A stretch of 64,000 nucleotides of DNA from Simkaniaceae bacterium. GTDB taxonomy: Bacteria > Chlamydiota > Chlamydiia > Chlamydiales > JACRBE01. Below, one piece after another: positions 1 to 9,613 of the stretch. A program made the translations under genes and the position numbers. A model generated the notes under the pieces. It was given only the letters and a program-made list of their open reading frames with translations. It was not told where the DNA came from and did no database searches. The stretch spans positions 12,289-76,288 of the forward strand of contig JALEGI010000003.1 of NCBI GenBank assembly GCA_022763045.1, written 5' to 3'. The first letter of the stretch is position 1, and the number at the start of each line of letters is the position of its first letter.

Positions 1-267
1 GAGTCCTATTCACAGATTATCCAAGACTCCGCCCACTACCCAAAGGTACATGAGCGCTATGATTGCTTGGAGATGGCAGAGGCAATTGTTAGCGAGGAAA
101 TGCCCTTCACCGTTCTATACCACTGGAATAACGTCTACCTTAAACAACCTTATATTAAAGATCTCTATATCCACCCTACTGGCGGCTTTCATCTCTATGG
201 AATACACTTTGATCAAGATACTCTTGCCGAGTGCCAAAACCAGTTCGATGAAAAGGACGATCTTTAA
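1..267 (+). CDS. C-terminal fragment of an OppA-like peptide ABC transporter substrate-binding protein (runs off window start)
   Basis: Frame 1 is open from base 1 (ESYSQIIQDS...EMAEAIVSEEMPFTVLYHWNNVYLKQPYIKDLYIHPTG); aligns by eye to the C-terminus of the next ORF (EAERLLAKYSPMSTICHKNYLYSRNPRLKGVYISPIG). Confidence 0.75.
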   Translation, partial: ESYSQIIQDSAHYPKVHERYDCLEMAEAIVSEEMPFTVLYHWNNVYLKQPYIKDLYIHPTGGFHLYGIHFDQDTLAECQNQFDEKDDL

Positions 268-270
268 TCT

Positions 271-299
271 TTGCAAATAATGCCTTATCGAGATATTGT
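271..299 (+). promoter_or_regulatory. Putative sigma66/70 promoter for oppA
   Basis: TTGCAA-N17-TATTGT. Confidence 0.45.
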
Positions 300-323
300 A
301 GCGTTTTTTAACACTGGAATTGC

Positions 324-1937
324 ATGAGTCGCATCTTAGTCCTTCTGCTTTTGTGTTTTAGCCTATCTAGCTGCTCTCCCTCAAAAGAGACAAAGCATGT
401 TAAAAGATTGCGCTTGAATACAACTGTAGAGCCGCCCTATTTTGACCCAACAAAGAATGGGGACACACTCTCTTCAATGGTCCAGTACATGCTCTTCACT
501 GGCCTTACTCAAATGACAGAAGAGTCGATGCGCACACCAGCCCTTGCTCATAAGATCGAGGTCTCTTCAGATGGGAAGGAATATACATTTCACTTACGTA
601 AAAGCTACTGGTCCGATGGGACGCCACTTACTGCCCACGACTTTGTCTACGCCTGGAAAAAAAGTCTAAACCCCGATTTTCCAGCACCAAATGCCTTTAT
701 GTTCTATCCCATTAAAAACGCTGAGGCAATAAAGAAGGCAAAAAAGCCCGTTTCTGAACTCGGTGTTCGAGCAGTTGATAAACACACTATTGTAGTCGAG
801 CTTGAAAGACCAACCAACTATTTTCTCGAGCTCACAGGTTTTTGCAGCTTCTTCCCAAATCCGATTAAGGAAAAGGACCGCTGCTGGACAGCTCGCTCAA
901 AGGAAAAATTTGTCTCAAATGGCCCCTACTACGTGAGTGAATACAAGCGCGGCCACCATCTTCTTCTCAAGAAAAACCCCTACTACTTCAATCAAAAAGG
1001 GGTCGACATCGATGAGATTGAAATCTCATTCGTTGCAAATGCCATGTCTGCCTATGATATGTACCGAAAGGGAGATCTCGATTTTATTGGACATCTCTTC
1101 ACCCCCATTCCTGTCGATTGTTTCCAGGAATTGACCCGCTCAGGCGCTGCAGAGACAGCAGAGGTGGCAAGCTCAATTATTACGATGTTTAACGTTGATG
1201 CATTCCCCTTCAACAATGTCAAAATGCGCCGCGCCTTTGCACTTGCAATTGATCGGCAAACAATCGCCGACCACATTTTGCAGCCCGGCGACACTCCCTC
1301 ACGCTCTCCCCTCCCGCAGGTCCTAAAAGATTACGATTTATCCGATGAACTCACCCTCTTTGATCCAATTGAGGCGCGTAAACTCTTTAACGAAGCCCTT
1401 CAAGAGCTTGGGATTAGCAGGAAAGAGCTTAAGCACTTTAGACTTCTCTATACTACATCTCACGATATGAACTCTCGACTTGCTCAAGCTCTGCAACGGA
1501 TGTGGAGTGAAGTTTTAGATGTCCATGTTGAACTTGAAGGGTATGAATTTAAAATATTTCTCGATAAAGCCTATAAGCACGACTTTCAATTTTCTCTCTC
1601 AAAGTGGACAGCGCAGTATGCAGATAGCTTGAACATTTTAGATCGTTACCGCTCGAAAAAGAATTTACACAATACGACCAACTGGGAATCTAAAGACTAC
1701 AAAAATGCTGTAAATGCGGTCCGAAGCTGCACAGACAGAGAGAAACGGATGGAACTTGTCAAAGAAGCAGAAAGGCTTCTTGCAAAATACTCACCGATGT
1801 CGACGATTTGCCACAAAAATTATTTATACTCAAGAAACCCCAGACTCAAAGGAGTTTACATCTCGCCAATTGGTTCTGTTCACTTTGAACGGGCAAAATT
1901 ACTTGATTGTCATACCAAAACGGCGCAAACTGAATAG
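324..1937 (+). CDS. oppA: Oligopeptide ABC transporter substrate-binding lipoprotein (family 5)
   Basis: Lipobox LSSC; YTFHLRKSYWSDGTPLTAHDFVYAW, NGPY and RRAFALAIDR motifs. Confidence 0.93.
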   Translation: MSRILVLLLLCFSLSSCSPSKETKHVKRLRLNTTVEPPYFDPTKNGDTLSSMVQYMLFTGLTQMTEESMRTPALAHKIEVSSDGKEYTFHLRKSYWSDGTPLTAHDFVYAWKKSLNPDFPAPNAFMFYPIKNAEAIKKAKKPVSELGVRAVDKHTIVVELERPTNYFLELTGFCSFFPNPIKEKDRCWTARSKEKFVSNGPYYVSEYKRGHHLLLKKNPYYFNQKGVDIDEIEISFVANAMSAYDMYRKGDLDFIGHLFTPIPVDCFQELTRSGAAETAEVASSIITMFNVDAFPFNNVKMRRAFALAIDRQTIADHILQPGDTPSRSPLPQVLKDYDLSDELTLFDPIEARKLFNEALQELGISRKELKHFRLLYTTSHDMNSRLAQALQRMWSEVLDVHVELEGYEFKIFLDKAYKHDFQFSLSKWTAQYADSLNILDRYRSKKNLHNTTNWESKDYKNAVNAVRSCTDREKRMELVKEAERLLAKYSPMSTICHKNYLYSRNPRLKGVYISPIGSVHFERAKLLDCHTKTAQTE

Positions 1938-1943
1938 CCTCAT

Positions 1944-4034
1944 ATGAAGAGTGATTTTTTAGAGATAGAGACCTATTATCACCATCCAGATGAGGGAGCT
2001 GAGGGCTTTAACCTGTTCAAACACGCTGTCCAAAAGCAGATCGAAATTCTACTCCCAGATGCTCTGCGTGAGATTGAAGATGAGGAGCTTTTCTATAAAG
2101 AGATGCAAAAGCAGATGCCAATTTTGAGCTGGTCTGCCTCTTCGAAAGAGCCCTACGCTGTGCGCTTTAGCTGCATGTGCCCCTCTGCCTACACACATGG
2201 TGTTGGTCGTTTCTTGGCAGACATGTGTAGTCGCTGGTTCATCCCTGGAAAACAACTTCCCCTTGTTAGCGTCAATACAATGGCCTTCAACTTCAAAAAG
2301 GCGCCTTGGCTGCAATGCCTTGCCCTTGAGCTGATTGCTCCAATCGGCTCGAAAAAGGATCTAGCGATTGTCAAATCAAGTATTGAAGACTTTATGCGTG
2401 AAATGCGCCTAATTATCATGGTCGTTCAACACGCCCGCTCGATTGTCTCTTCAAAACCACTCACACTCCCTCAGAAAAAGCTGCTAATCGAGGAGAATAT
2501 CTCGACACTCATCGATCGCCCCTCGACTGAGCTTGACCTCAGTAGCTTTGACCAGATGCACCACTTCCTGATCAAAGTGATGGGTGAGCAAAAAATGTCG
2601 AAAATCCAAGAGAATATGGCACCTTTACAAGAGGCAAAGCCGCAAATCTTCGATCGCGATATTTTCAATGAACTGCAACTCTACCTTGGACTGTTTAAAG
2701 ATCGCTTTGTCGCGCTTCGCGACATGAAGCATTTAATCCGAATCATCTCCTACAAATACCTCTTCCGCAAAACAATTCAAAACGCCCAAGCGCACATGCC
2801 AACCCAGCGCCACATGAGTGTAAAAATCGTACCAACGAAACTCGAAACAACAGGGGCATCGCGGCCCATCTTGGGAGTCATTGTTGGGATGAACCTCATT
2901 AAAGAGAACGAGCTCTTCGAAGAAAGGCATGTGATGCGCGCGCTTATGAATCTTCTCGAAGATATCGAGCTCGTTCAAGACTCTGTTATACTCGATCGCA
3001 GGGCGCCTTCACAGGTTCGCACGCTCTACCTGGAAATTGCCAAGATTGATGGTAAACCCTTTTCTGCATCTGAGCGCAGGCGCGTCAAACTCGAGCTCTC
3101 AACTCAATTAAAGACCTCCGTTGAGAGCGCAATTAACCCCATCTTCATGCCTAAAAATGAAGAAGAGGTAATGCGCAACATTGTCACGCTTTCAAACCAA
3201 CTTAAGTATGCAAGTGACATTCCACAGGTTATTATTAACTTTCAAAAGCAGAGCGAGAGTCACATCTCTTTCACAATCGTTTTGCTCCGGCTTATCAAAC
3301 GCGACGCTCTACGGTTCAAAGAGCTTCTTTCGAAACGAAAAAGTCCCTACCTGATCGATAAAATCGACTCCAAAATTGTCGGGCAATTGCGTAAACGATT
3401 CCCGAAAGAGGCGAATGTCTTTGAACTTCATCTCAAGAAGCAAGACTTTCTACGCAGCGATTTCTCACTTGATCTCTTTGAAGCGCGTCGTGAAGTCTTT
3501 CAAACGCTGACAAACCTTGTTGGCGAGCTGCGCGACTACAACGGTGGGATGATCTCCAAACAGGCTGAGGTCTTCAATATATTAACCAAACTTTTGGATA
3601 AGAGACAAAAGACCAATGACTTTCTCCTTAAAACTTTCTTCTATTCGATCACACCAAGCTACATGCAAAGCCTTCTCGACCCTAAACTATTGAAGATACT
3701 CTTCCAGATGGTCACTAAAACTGTCCACCACGACTACAACCACGCTCCTCACAGAATCGAAATGAAACGTGAAAAAGGGTATTTTTTCTGTACTCTTGGC
3801 TGCATTAACCCTGCGCTGCGCAATCATATCATTGAACGTGTTGAGACCTTGGATTTCTATGAAAATGATTTAACTAGCTGCTCACTTCACACCTATGACA
3901 TTGCAATGCTAAGCTACCTTATCAAAGAGGGCGACTCGTTTGAAGACAAACGATTAGAGGAGACAATTCAACTGGGGATCAATGAATGGGAAGGAAAAAT
4001 AAATGTCGAACTATCGCGGTCACACACTCTTTAA
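1944..4034 (+). CDS. Hypothetical protein, 696 aa (probably Chlamydiota-conserved)
   Basis: Long ORF tightly packed in operon; no family motif recognised with confidence. Confidence 0.8.
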   Translation: MKSDFLEIETYYHHPDEGAEGFNLFKHAVQKQIEILLPDALREIEDEELFYKEMQKQMPILSWSASSKEPYAVRFSCMCPSAYTHGVGRFLADMCSRWFIPGKQLPLVSVNTMAFNFKKAPWLQCLALELIAPIGSKKDLAIVKSSIEDFMREMRLIIMVVQHARSIVSSKPLTLPQKKLLIEENISTLIDRPSTELDLSSFDQMHHFLIKVMGEQKMSKIQENMAPLQEAKPQIFDRDIFNELQLYLGLFKDRFVALRDMKHLIRIISYKYLFRKTIQNAQAHMPTQRHMSVKIVPTKLETTGASRPILGVIVGMNLIKENELFEERHVMRALMNLLEDIELVQDSVILDRRAPSQVRTLYLEIAKIDGKPFSASERRRVKLELSTQLKTSVESAINPIFMPKNEEEVMRNIVTLSNQLKYASDIPQVIINFQKQSESHISFTIVLLRLIKRDALRFKELLSKRKSPYLIDKIDSKIVGQLRKRFPKEANVFELHLKKQDFLRSDFSLDLFEARREVFQTLTNLVGELRDYNGGMISKQAEVFNILTKLLDKRQKTNDFLLKTFFYSITPSYMQSLLDPKLLKILFQMVTKTVHHDYNHAPHRIEMKREKGYFFCTLGCINPALRNHIIERVETLDFYENDLTSCSLHTYDIAMLSYLIKEGDSFEDKRLEETIQLGINEWEGKINVELSRSHTL

Positions 4035-4458
4035 TCTCTGCGTAGCGCTCCCTCTACTCATTGCAGTTGGCGTCTACTTTTTTACCTCTTCTAATGAGGA
4101 GCTCCTTGTCTTCTCTGGGGTTTTTACCTACACCACTCTCTTTATGAGTCCCGACATGGATGTTGCCAACAAGATCAAACTGCTCTCTGTTAGAGGCATC
4201 CTTTCCATTCCCTTTCGCCTCTACGCCTATTTTTTTCGCCACAGAGGAATCTCTCACTCTGTCCTTTTTGGCTCACTCACTCGCATTTTATGGCTTCTAG
4301 GTTGTGCAGCTGGCATTTTTTTTCTTGTCTATAGCTCACTTCCTACACAAAAAACTCTATATAAGTTTTACTACCTTCATCGCGACTTAATTCATCTAAC
4401 AGTTTTAGCTATTGTACTTGCCGACTTGTGTCATTTACTCCTCGACTTGAAAAAATGA
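4003..4458 (+). CDS. Membrane protein with putative metal-binding His motifs (DUF2227-like)
   Basis: GH near N-terminus, SPDMD, HRGISH and C-terminal HLLLD motifs; hydrophobic helices. Confidence 0.8.
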   Translation: MSNYRGHTLFNLCVALPLLIAVGVYFFTSSNEELLVFSGVFTYTTLFMSPDMDVANKIKLLSVRGILSIPFRLYAYFFRHRGISHSVLFGSLTRILWLLGCAAGIFFLVYSSLPTQKTLYKFYYLHRDLIHLTVLAIVLADLCHLLLDLKK

Positions 4459-4470
4459 GAATTTTATACT
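4442..4470 (+). promoter_or_regulatory. Putative promoter directly upstream of ABC ATPase start (leaderless-type)
   Basis: TCGACT-N17-TATACT, 7 nt before ATG 4478; no SD. Confidence 0.5.
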
Positions 4471-4477
4471 TTTTCAT

Positions 4478-5368
4478 ATGACCGCACTCAAGATTAAATC
4501 TCTTGTCAAACGCTACGGAAAGCTTGTAGCCGTTGATAACGTCTCATTTGAAATCGAAGAGGGAGAAATCTTTGCCCTCTTGGGTCCAAATGGGGCAGGC
4601 AAAACCACAATCATTTCGAGCATTACTTCCCTTGTGAATCCAACGTGTGGAGAAATTGAAATTTTTGGTCATACTGTAGAGAAGGAGCCAAGAATTGCTA
4701 AAAGTATGGTGGGCTGCGTCCCCCAAGAACTTGTAAATCACGGCTATTTTAAACTCTATGATGTCTTGAAATTTCATATGAACTACTATGGAAATCGAGT
4801 TGATCCTACCTATATCAAGTATTTAATGGAGAGACTCGATCTTTGGATCCATCGAAACAAGTTAGTGCGCGAGCTAAGCGGTGGAATGAAAAGGCGCATC
4901 TTGATCGCAAAAGCGCTGCTACACAAACCCAAACTTCTTCTCCTAGACGAGCCGACAGCAGGAGTAGATATTGAGCTTAAAGATACGCTCTGGTCTTTTG
5001 TCAAGGAACTGAAGGCAAGTGGAGTATCCATCTTGCTCACAACGCACAACTTGGAAGAGGCGCAAAATCTCTGCGACCGCGTCGGTATCATTGATCATGG
5101 AAAGCTTTTGAAAGTCGCTCCACTCTCCGATATGCTAAGTAATTTGTCAAAACGCTCAATCTCTATCCAACTTGAGTGTCAAATCCCGGCCATAGTCCAT
5201 CAATATCTACAGACTCAGGAAAACAACCAACTTGTATTTGCTGTCCCAAGCACCTTTAGCCTCAAACAATTACTTGCTGAGATAGATCTAGATGTTGGAA
5301 CTATAAAAGATGTACACATTCGAGAAGGAAACTTAGAAGATGTCTTTAGAAACGTCCTCAGTAGCTAA
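4478..5368 (+). CDS. ABC-2 type exporter ATP-binding protein
   Basis: Walker A GPNGAGKT, LSGGMKRR signature, LLLLDEPT. Confidence 0.95.
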   Translation: MTALKIKSLVKRYGKLVAVDNVSFEIEEGEIFALLGPNGAGKTTIISSITSLVNPTCGEIEIFGHTVEKEPRIAKSMVGCVPQELVNHGYFKLYDVLKFHMNYYGNRVDPTYIKYLMERLDLWIHRNKLVRELSGGMKRRILIAKALLHKPKLLLLDEPTAGVDIELKDTLWSFVKELKASGVSILLTTHNLEEAQNLCDRVGIIDHGKLLKVAPLSDMLSNLSKRSISIQLECQIPAIVHQYLQTQENNQLVFAVPSTFSLKQLLAEIDLDVGTIKDVHIREGNLEDVFRNVLSS

Positions 5369-6152
5369 ACCCAATTATTTTATTCAAATTTACGGCCTGA
5401 TGTCGCGAGAGATCATGCGCTTCATGAGCGTTCCATATCAGACGCTTGCAGCGCCAATTATTTCAAGCCTTCTATATATCCTTATCTTCGGCATAAGCCT
5501 TGGAAATGCAATTAAGGATCAAGATGGCGCCTCGTATCTTACCTTCCTGATCCCTGGCCTTATCACAATGACCCTATTGCGCAACGCTTTCGATAACGCC
5601 TCAAGCTCAGTAGTCGCAGGTAAATATGTCAATGAGCTTCAAGATTTGAGAGTCGCCCCTTTCTCTACCTCACAAATTCTTTGGGCAATAAGTGGCGCCT
5701 GTTTTATACGAGGCCTGATTGTTGCTACATTCACGTTTCTAGTGGGTGAGGCTTTTATGTACTTTCAGATGAAAACCCTACTCACTTTTTATAGCTTCAC
5801 TCATGCAATTTTATTTATATTAATTGGAGGCCTTTCATTCAGCAAGCTTGGCCTAGCTGTAGCTATTCGATCGACCTCTTTTGAACATATTGGGATGATC
5901 AACTCTTTTGTTCTGACACCGCTTGTCTACCTCGGTGGGGTCTTCTTCTCACTTGACAACCTCCAGCCATTTTGGCAAAACATCTCAAAAATAAATCCGA
6001 TTCTATACAATATCAATGGAATTCGTTACGCTATGACAGGAGTCTCTGATGTACCTCTGGTCCAAGCCTACGCAGTGACGATTGGCTTTGGCATCATTTG
6101 CCACTTTTTGGCGCGATCAGGACTCAATCAGGGAAAAAATTACGTGAGATAA
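5340..6152 (+). CDS. ABC-2 type exporter permease (YadH-like)
   Basis: YLTFLIPGL, PLVYLGGVFF, NPILY motifs; about 6 TM; overlaps the ATPase gene. Confidence 0.9.
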   Translation: MSLETSSVAKPNYFIQIYGLMSREIMRFMSVPYQTLAAPIISSLLYILIFGISLGNAIKDQDGASYLTFLIPGLITMTLLRNAFDNASSSVVAGKYVNELQDLRVAPFSTSQILWAISGACFIRGLIVATFTFLVGEAFMYFQMKTLLTFYSFTHAILFILIGGLSFSKLGLAVAIRSTSFEHIGMINSFVLTPLVYLGGVFFSLDNLQPFWQNISKINPILYNINGIRYAMTGVSDVPLVQAYAVTIGFGIICHFLARSGLNQGKNYVR

Positions 6153-6154
6153 AA

Positions 6155-8014
6155 ATGACTAAAACTGAAAAGCCCTTCGGGACTTGGGACTCTCCCATCT
6201 CAGCTGAACTTATTGTCCAAGATGCTAAACGACTAGGGCAAGTCCTTACAGATGGACGCGACATCTACTGGTTTGAGGGCAGACCCTCTGAAGGGGGGCG
6301 CAATGTCATTATGCGTCAATGCCAGGATAAAATGGAGGAGATTCTTCCCGCTCCCTACAACGCGCGCACTCGTGTTCACGAATATGGCGGCGCCAATCTC
6401 ATTGTTTCAAATGGCAAGATCTTCTTTTCAAATAACGAAGATCAAAAACTCTACCGCCTCGATGGGGAAATCAAACCTATTGCCGAAGGGTACCGCTTTG
6501 CCGATGGCGTTTACGACGAAAAGCGCCAAAAAATCTACTCTGTCGCCGAAAAGCATGGCGATGATGTCATCAACTGTCTCGTCTCAATCGACGTCGAATC
6601 TGGGAAAGTAACACCAATTGCTGAAGGATGGGACTTTTATGCAAGTCCACGCCTGAGTCCTGATTGCAGCCGCCTCACCTGGTTTGCCTGGAATCAACCC
6701 AATATGCCCTGGGATAGCTCTGAGGTTTTTCTAGGCACGCTGAGTGATGACGGCACACTAGAGACCCAAGAAAAGGTCGCTGGAGGAGAAAACATCTCAG
6801 TTGCAGCGCCAAGTTTTTCTCCTGAGGGTGACCTCTATTTTGTCTCAGATGAATCGGGGTATTGGAACCTTTACCGCTACAGAGGGGAAATTGAAGCTAT
6901 TCACAAGATGGAGGCTGACTTTGCAACTCCCCACTGGTGTTTCGGCGTTAATCCCTACACGTTTTTTGAGGGGCACATCATGTGCACCTATACAATCAAG
7001 GGTACAGATTATCTCGCTATGATCGACCCCGAAACCCACGATTTCAATCCGATAAATCTTCCCTACACAGTCATCCGCGACCTTCACTCGGCCCAAGACA
7101 AACTTGTATTCCTCGGAGGTACCCCAACAGAGCCATCAGCTGTTGTCACACTTGACTTCAACACACTTAAATTAAACCGGCTGAGAGAGGCAGCTTCTGT
7201 CAATATTGACCGCAAGTATTTCTCACAGCCTGAAACAATTGAATTTCCGACTGAAAACAATAAGACTGCCTTTTGTTTTTACTACCCCCCAACAAATCCC
7301 GACTTTGAACCGCCAGAAAACACCGCACCTCCTCTTGTTATGCGCTGTCATGGCGGCCCAACTGGCCACACAGTCTCGAGCTTTAACATGGTCGTTCAAT
7401 ACTGGACATCGCGCGGCTTTGCCTATTGCGATTTGAACTATGGAGGGAGCACCGGCTTTGGTAGAGAATATCGCGAAAGGCTCAAAGACAACTGGGGAAT
7501 TGTCGATGTCGACGACGCATGTAATGCGGCAAATTATCTAGTAGAAGTTGGTAAAGCCGACCCACGCTATCTTGCGATTGCTGGTGGAAGTGCCGGAGGC
7601 TACACAGCGCTTGCAGCTCTAACCTTTCGAGATACTTTTTCTGCAGGAGCGAGCTACTACGGGGTCTCAGATCTTGGCATGCTAGCACAAGACACGCATA
7701 AATTTGAAGCGCGCTACCTTGATGGACTCATTGGGCCATACCCAGAGCGCAAAGATCTATACGATGCACGCTCTCCAGCAAACCACACTGACAAGCTCTC
7801 TTGCCCAATTATTCTTCTACAGGGTGATGGAGACAAGGTTGTCCCCCCTTCGCAATCTGAGCTCATGTACAAAGCGTTGCAGGAAAAGGGTATTGAAACT
7901 GAGTATCTTCTCTTTGAAGGAGAACAGCACGGCTTTCGCGGCTCTGATGCAATCAAACGTTCATTAGAAGCAGAGCTCAATTTCTATCGCAAGATATTTG
8001 AACTTCATTGTTAA
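6155..8014 (+). CDS. S9 family peptidase (acyl-peptide hydrolase/dipeptidyl aminopeptidase-like)
   Basis: PFGTWDSPI N-terminus, HGGP, GGSAGGY nucleophile, QGDGD and EQHGF; start placed at ATG 6155. Confidence 0.93.
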   Translation: MTKTEKPFGTWDSPISAELIVQDAKRLGQVLTDGRDIYWFEGRPSEGGRNVIMRQCQDKMEEILPAPYNARTRVHEYGGANLIVSNGKIFFSNNEDQKLYRLDGEIKPIAEGYRFADGVYDEKRQKIYSVAEKHGDDVINCLVSIDVESGKVTPIAEGWDFYASPRLSPDCSRLTWFAWNQPNMPWDSSEVFLGTLSDDGTLETQEKVAGGENISVAAPSFSPEGDLYFVSDESGYWNLYRYRGEIEAIHKMEADFATPHWCFGVNPYTFFEGHIMCTYTIKGTDYLAMIDPETHDFNPINLPYTVIRDLHSAQDKLVFLGGTPTEPSAVVTLDFNTLKLNRLREAASVNIDRKYFSQPETIEFPTENNKTAFCFYYPPTNPDFEPPENTAPPLVMRCHGGPTGHTVSSFNMVVQYWTSRGFAYCDLNYGGSTGFGREYRERLKDNWGIVDVDDACNAANYLVEVGKADPRYLAIAGGSAGGYTALAALTFRDTFSAGASYYGVSDLGMLAQDTHKFEARYLDGLIGPYPERKDLYDARSPANHTDKLSCPIILLQGDGDKVVPPSQSELMYKALQEKGIETEYLLFEGEQHGFRGSDAIKRSLEAELNFYRKIFELHC

Positions 8015-8158
8015 TTTAATATAAAGAGAAGCGGTTCTAAATGGTTATTAGAGAGATATTTGATTTCTCTTTTCTACCTTTTTTCAAATTTTAAAAAAGA
8101 ATCGCATTCTCTCAAACTCCCCTTTAAGCTATACTCTCTCATCTCTTAAAGGTGAAAG

Positions 8159-9613
8159 ATGAAAAAGTTAGCTTTCTCGATATTGCTCATTACTTCTCTC
8201 TTTTCAGATGAGGGAATGGTTATTAACTTCCCCTCAGTCAAAGCAAGCGAATTAGTAAAATTTGTGAGCCAAGTCGCGCAGGTGAATTTTGTCTATGATG
8301 AGAATGATCTCGACTTTCAGACAACACTCATTTCAGGTCGTCCGGTACTTCCAAGCGAACTTCTGAATGCAACCGTTGCAGTTTTAAAAAAAAACAGTCT
8401 GAGAATCCATGAAGATGCTGGCTATATCCACATCCATAAAGATCCGAGCAAGTCGCCCAACCTTCCCTATACCTCAATTGGAAAAGATCGCTTTCAGCTC
8501 TATAAAATCCAATATTCCAAGGGCATGGAGATTTTAACAGCCATCCGGCAAATTGCAAAAAATGTCACAGAGGATGCAGCACTCACTAAGGCAGTTGATT
8601 CCATTCATTGGCTCGAGTCGAGTAACTCACTTATCTTCACAGCAGACAGTGCAACAGCAGATCAAGTTGTCCATCTTATCGAAACTCTAGATCGCCCACA
8701 AAGACAAGTTTTCATCGAGGTACTTGTTCTTGAGACGGATATGAAGACAGGCCTTGACCTGGGACTTGAGTGGAGCGCCGTAGGAAAGTACAAAGACCAA
8801 TTAGGCGCTGGTTTAGGCAATTTCCCTGCTCGTAATGGCGGCTCGCAGCTAGCTAAAACGCTTCAGACAGTCTCCTCGCGTACAGGGTCTGATATTCCCT
8901 TAAGTGAGGGCTTTAACCTAGGCGTTATTGGCGATCTGATTCTATTTAAAGGCAAAGCTCTTGTCTCTCTCGGCTCGCTTCTCTCAGCGCTTGAGTCTGA
9001 TGGCCAGAGCAGCGTGGTCTTGCACCAAAAGGTCTTAACTCAAGACAACAAGCAATCAAAGATCTTTGTTGGCGACAATATCCCCTTTGCTGGATCAATT
9101 GTCGAAACCGTTGGCAATTCCCAGCAGACAACGTCAAATATCGATTACCGAGATGTCGGAGTAAGTCTCAATATCACTCCTTATCTTGGAAAGAAAGACA
9201 TCATCACTTTAGAGCTTGCCGAAGAGATCACAGAAGCTCTCAATTCACCAATGGTGAACTCCAAATCTGTAAGCGGGATTCAGACAACAAAGACCAACAT
9301 GGTGACTCGAGTCCACGTCCCCGATCGCCATTTTTTAATTCTGAGTGGAATGATGCGTAACGCCAAATCGCAAATCACACAAGGTGTCCCATGCCTTGGG
9401 GCTATTCCAGGACTTGGTGCTGCGTTTAGCAAAGACACCAATCGCAATGACAAGCGAAATATCGTCGTGTTTGTCAGACCCCATATAATCGATTCACTTG
9501 AAGATATGCAGGTCATCACGAGCAGTAGTCGAGATGAGTTTTTAGAAAAAGCTCCACCTCGCATACAAAAATCGCTTGAAGTTGACTTGCCAAGCATCAA
9601 TAATGCGCATTAA
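8159..9613 (+). CDS. Secretin (type II/III secretion outer-membrane ring; CdsC/GspD-like)
   Basis: Signal peptide; N-domain INF...VKFVSQ, LDRPQRQVFIEVL, YRDVGVSLNITP, VPCLGAIPGLGAAF, VVFVRPHII. Confidence 0.9.
   Translation: MKKLAFSILLITSLFSDEGMVINFPSVKASELVKFVSQVAQVNFVYDENDLDFQTTLISGRPVLPSELLNATVAVLKKNSLRIHEDAGYIHIHKDPSKSPNLPYTSIGKDRFQLYKIQYSKGMEILTAIRQIAKNVTEDAALTKAVDSIHWLESSNSLIFTADSATADQVVHLIETLDRPQRQVFIEVLVLETDMKTGLDLGLEWSAVGKYKDQLGAGLGNFPARNGGSQLAKTLQTVSSRTGSDIPLSEGFNLGVIGDLILFKGKALVSLGSLLSALESDGQSSVVLHQKVLTQDNKQSKIFVGDNIPFAGSIVETVGNSQQTTSNIDYRDVGVSLNITPYLGKKDIITLELAEEITEALNSPMVNSKSVSGIQTTKTNMVTRVHVPDRHFLILSGMMRNAKSQITQGVPCLGAIPGLGAAFSKDTNRNDKRNIVVFVRPHIIDSLEDMQVITSSSRDEFLEKAPPRIQKSLEVDLPSINNAH

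Noticed and set aside
8386-8394. A9 run in the secretin gene as a phase-variation or frameshift site
   Set aside because: ORF is in frame and intact; such runs are common in this AT-rich sequence
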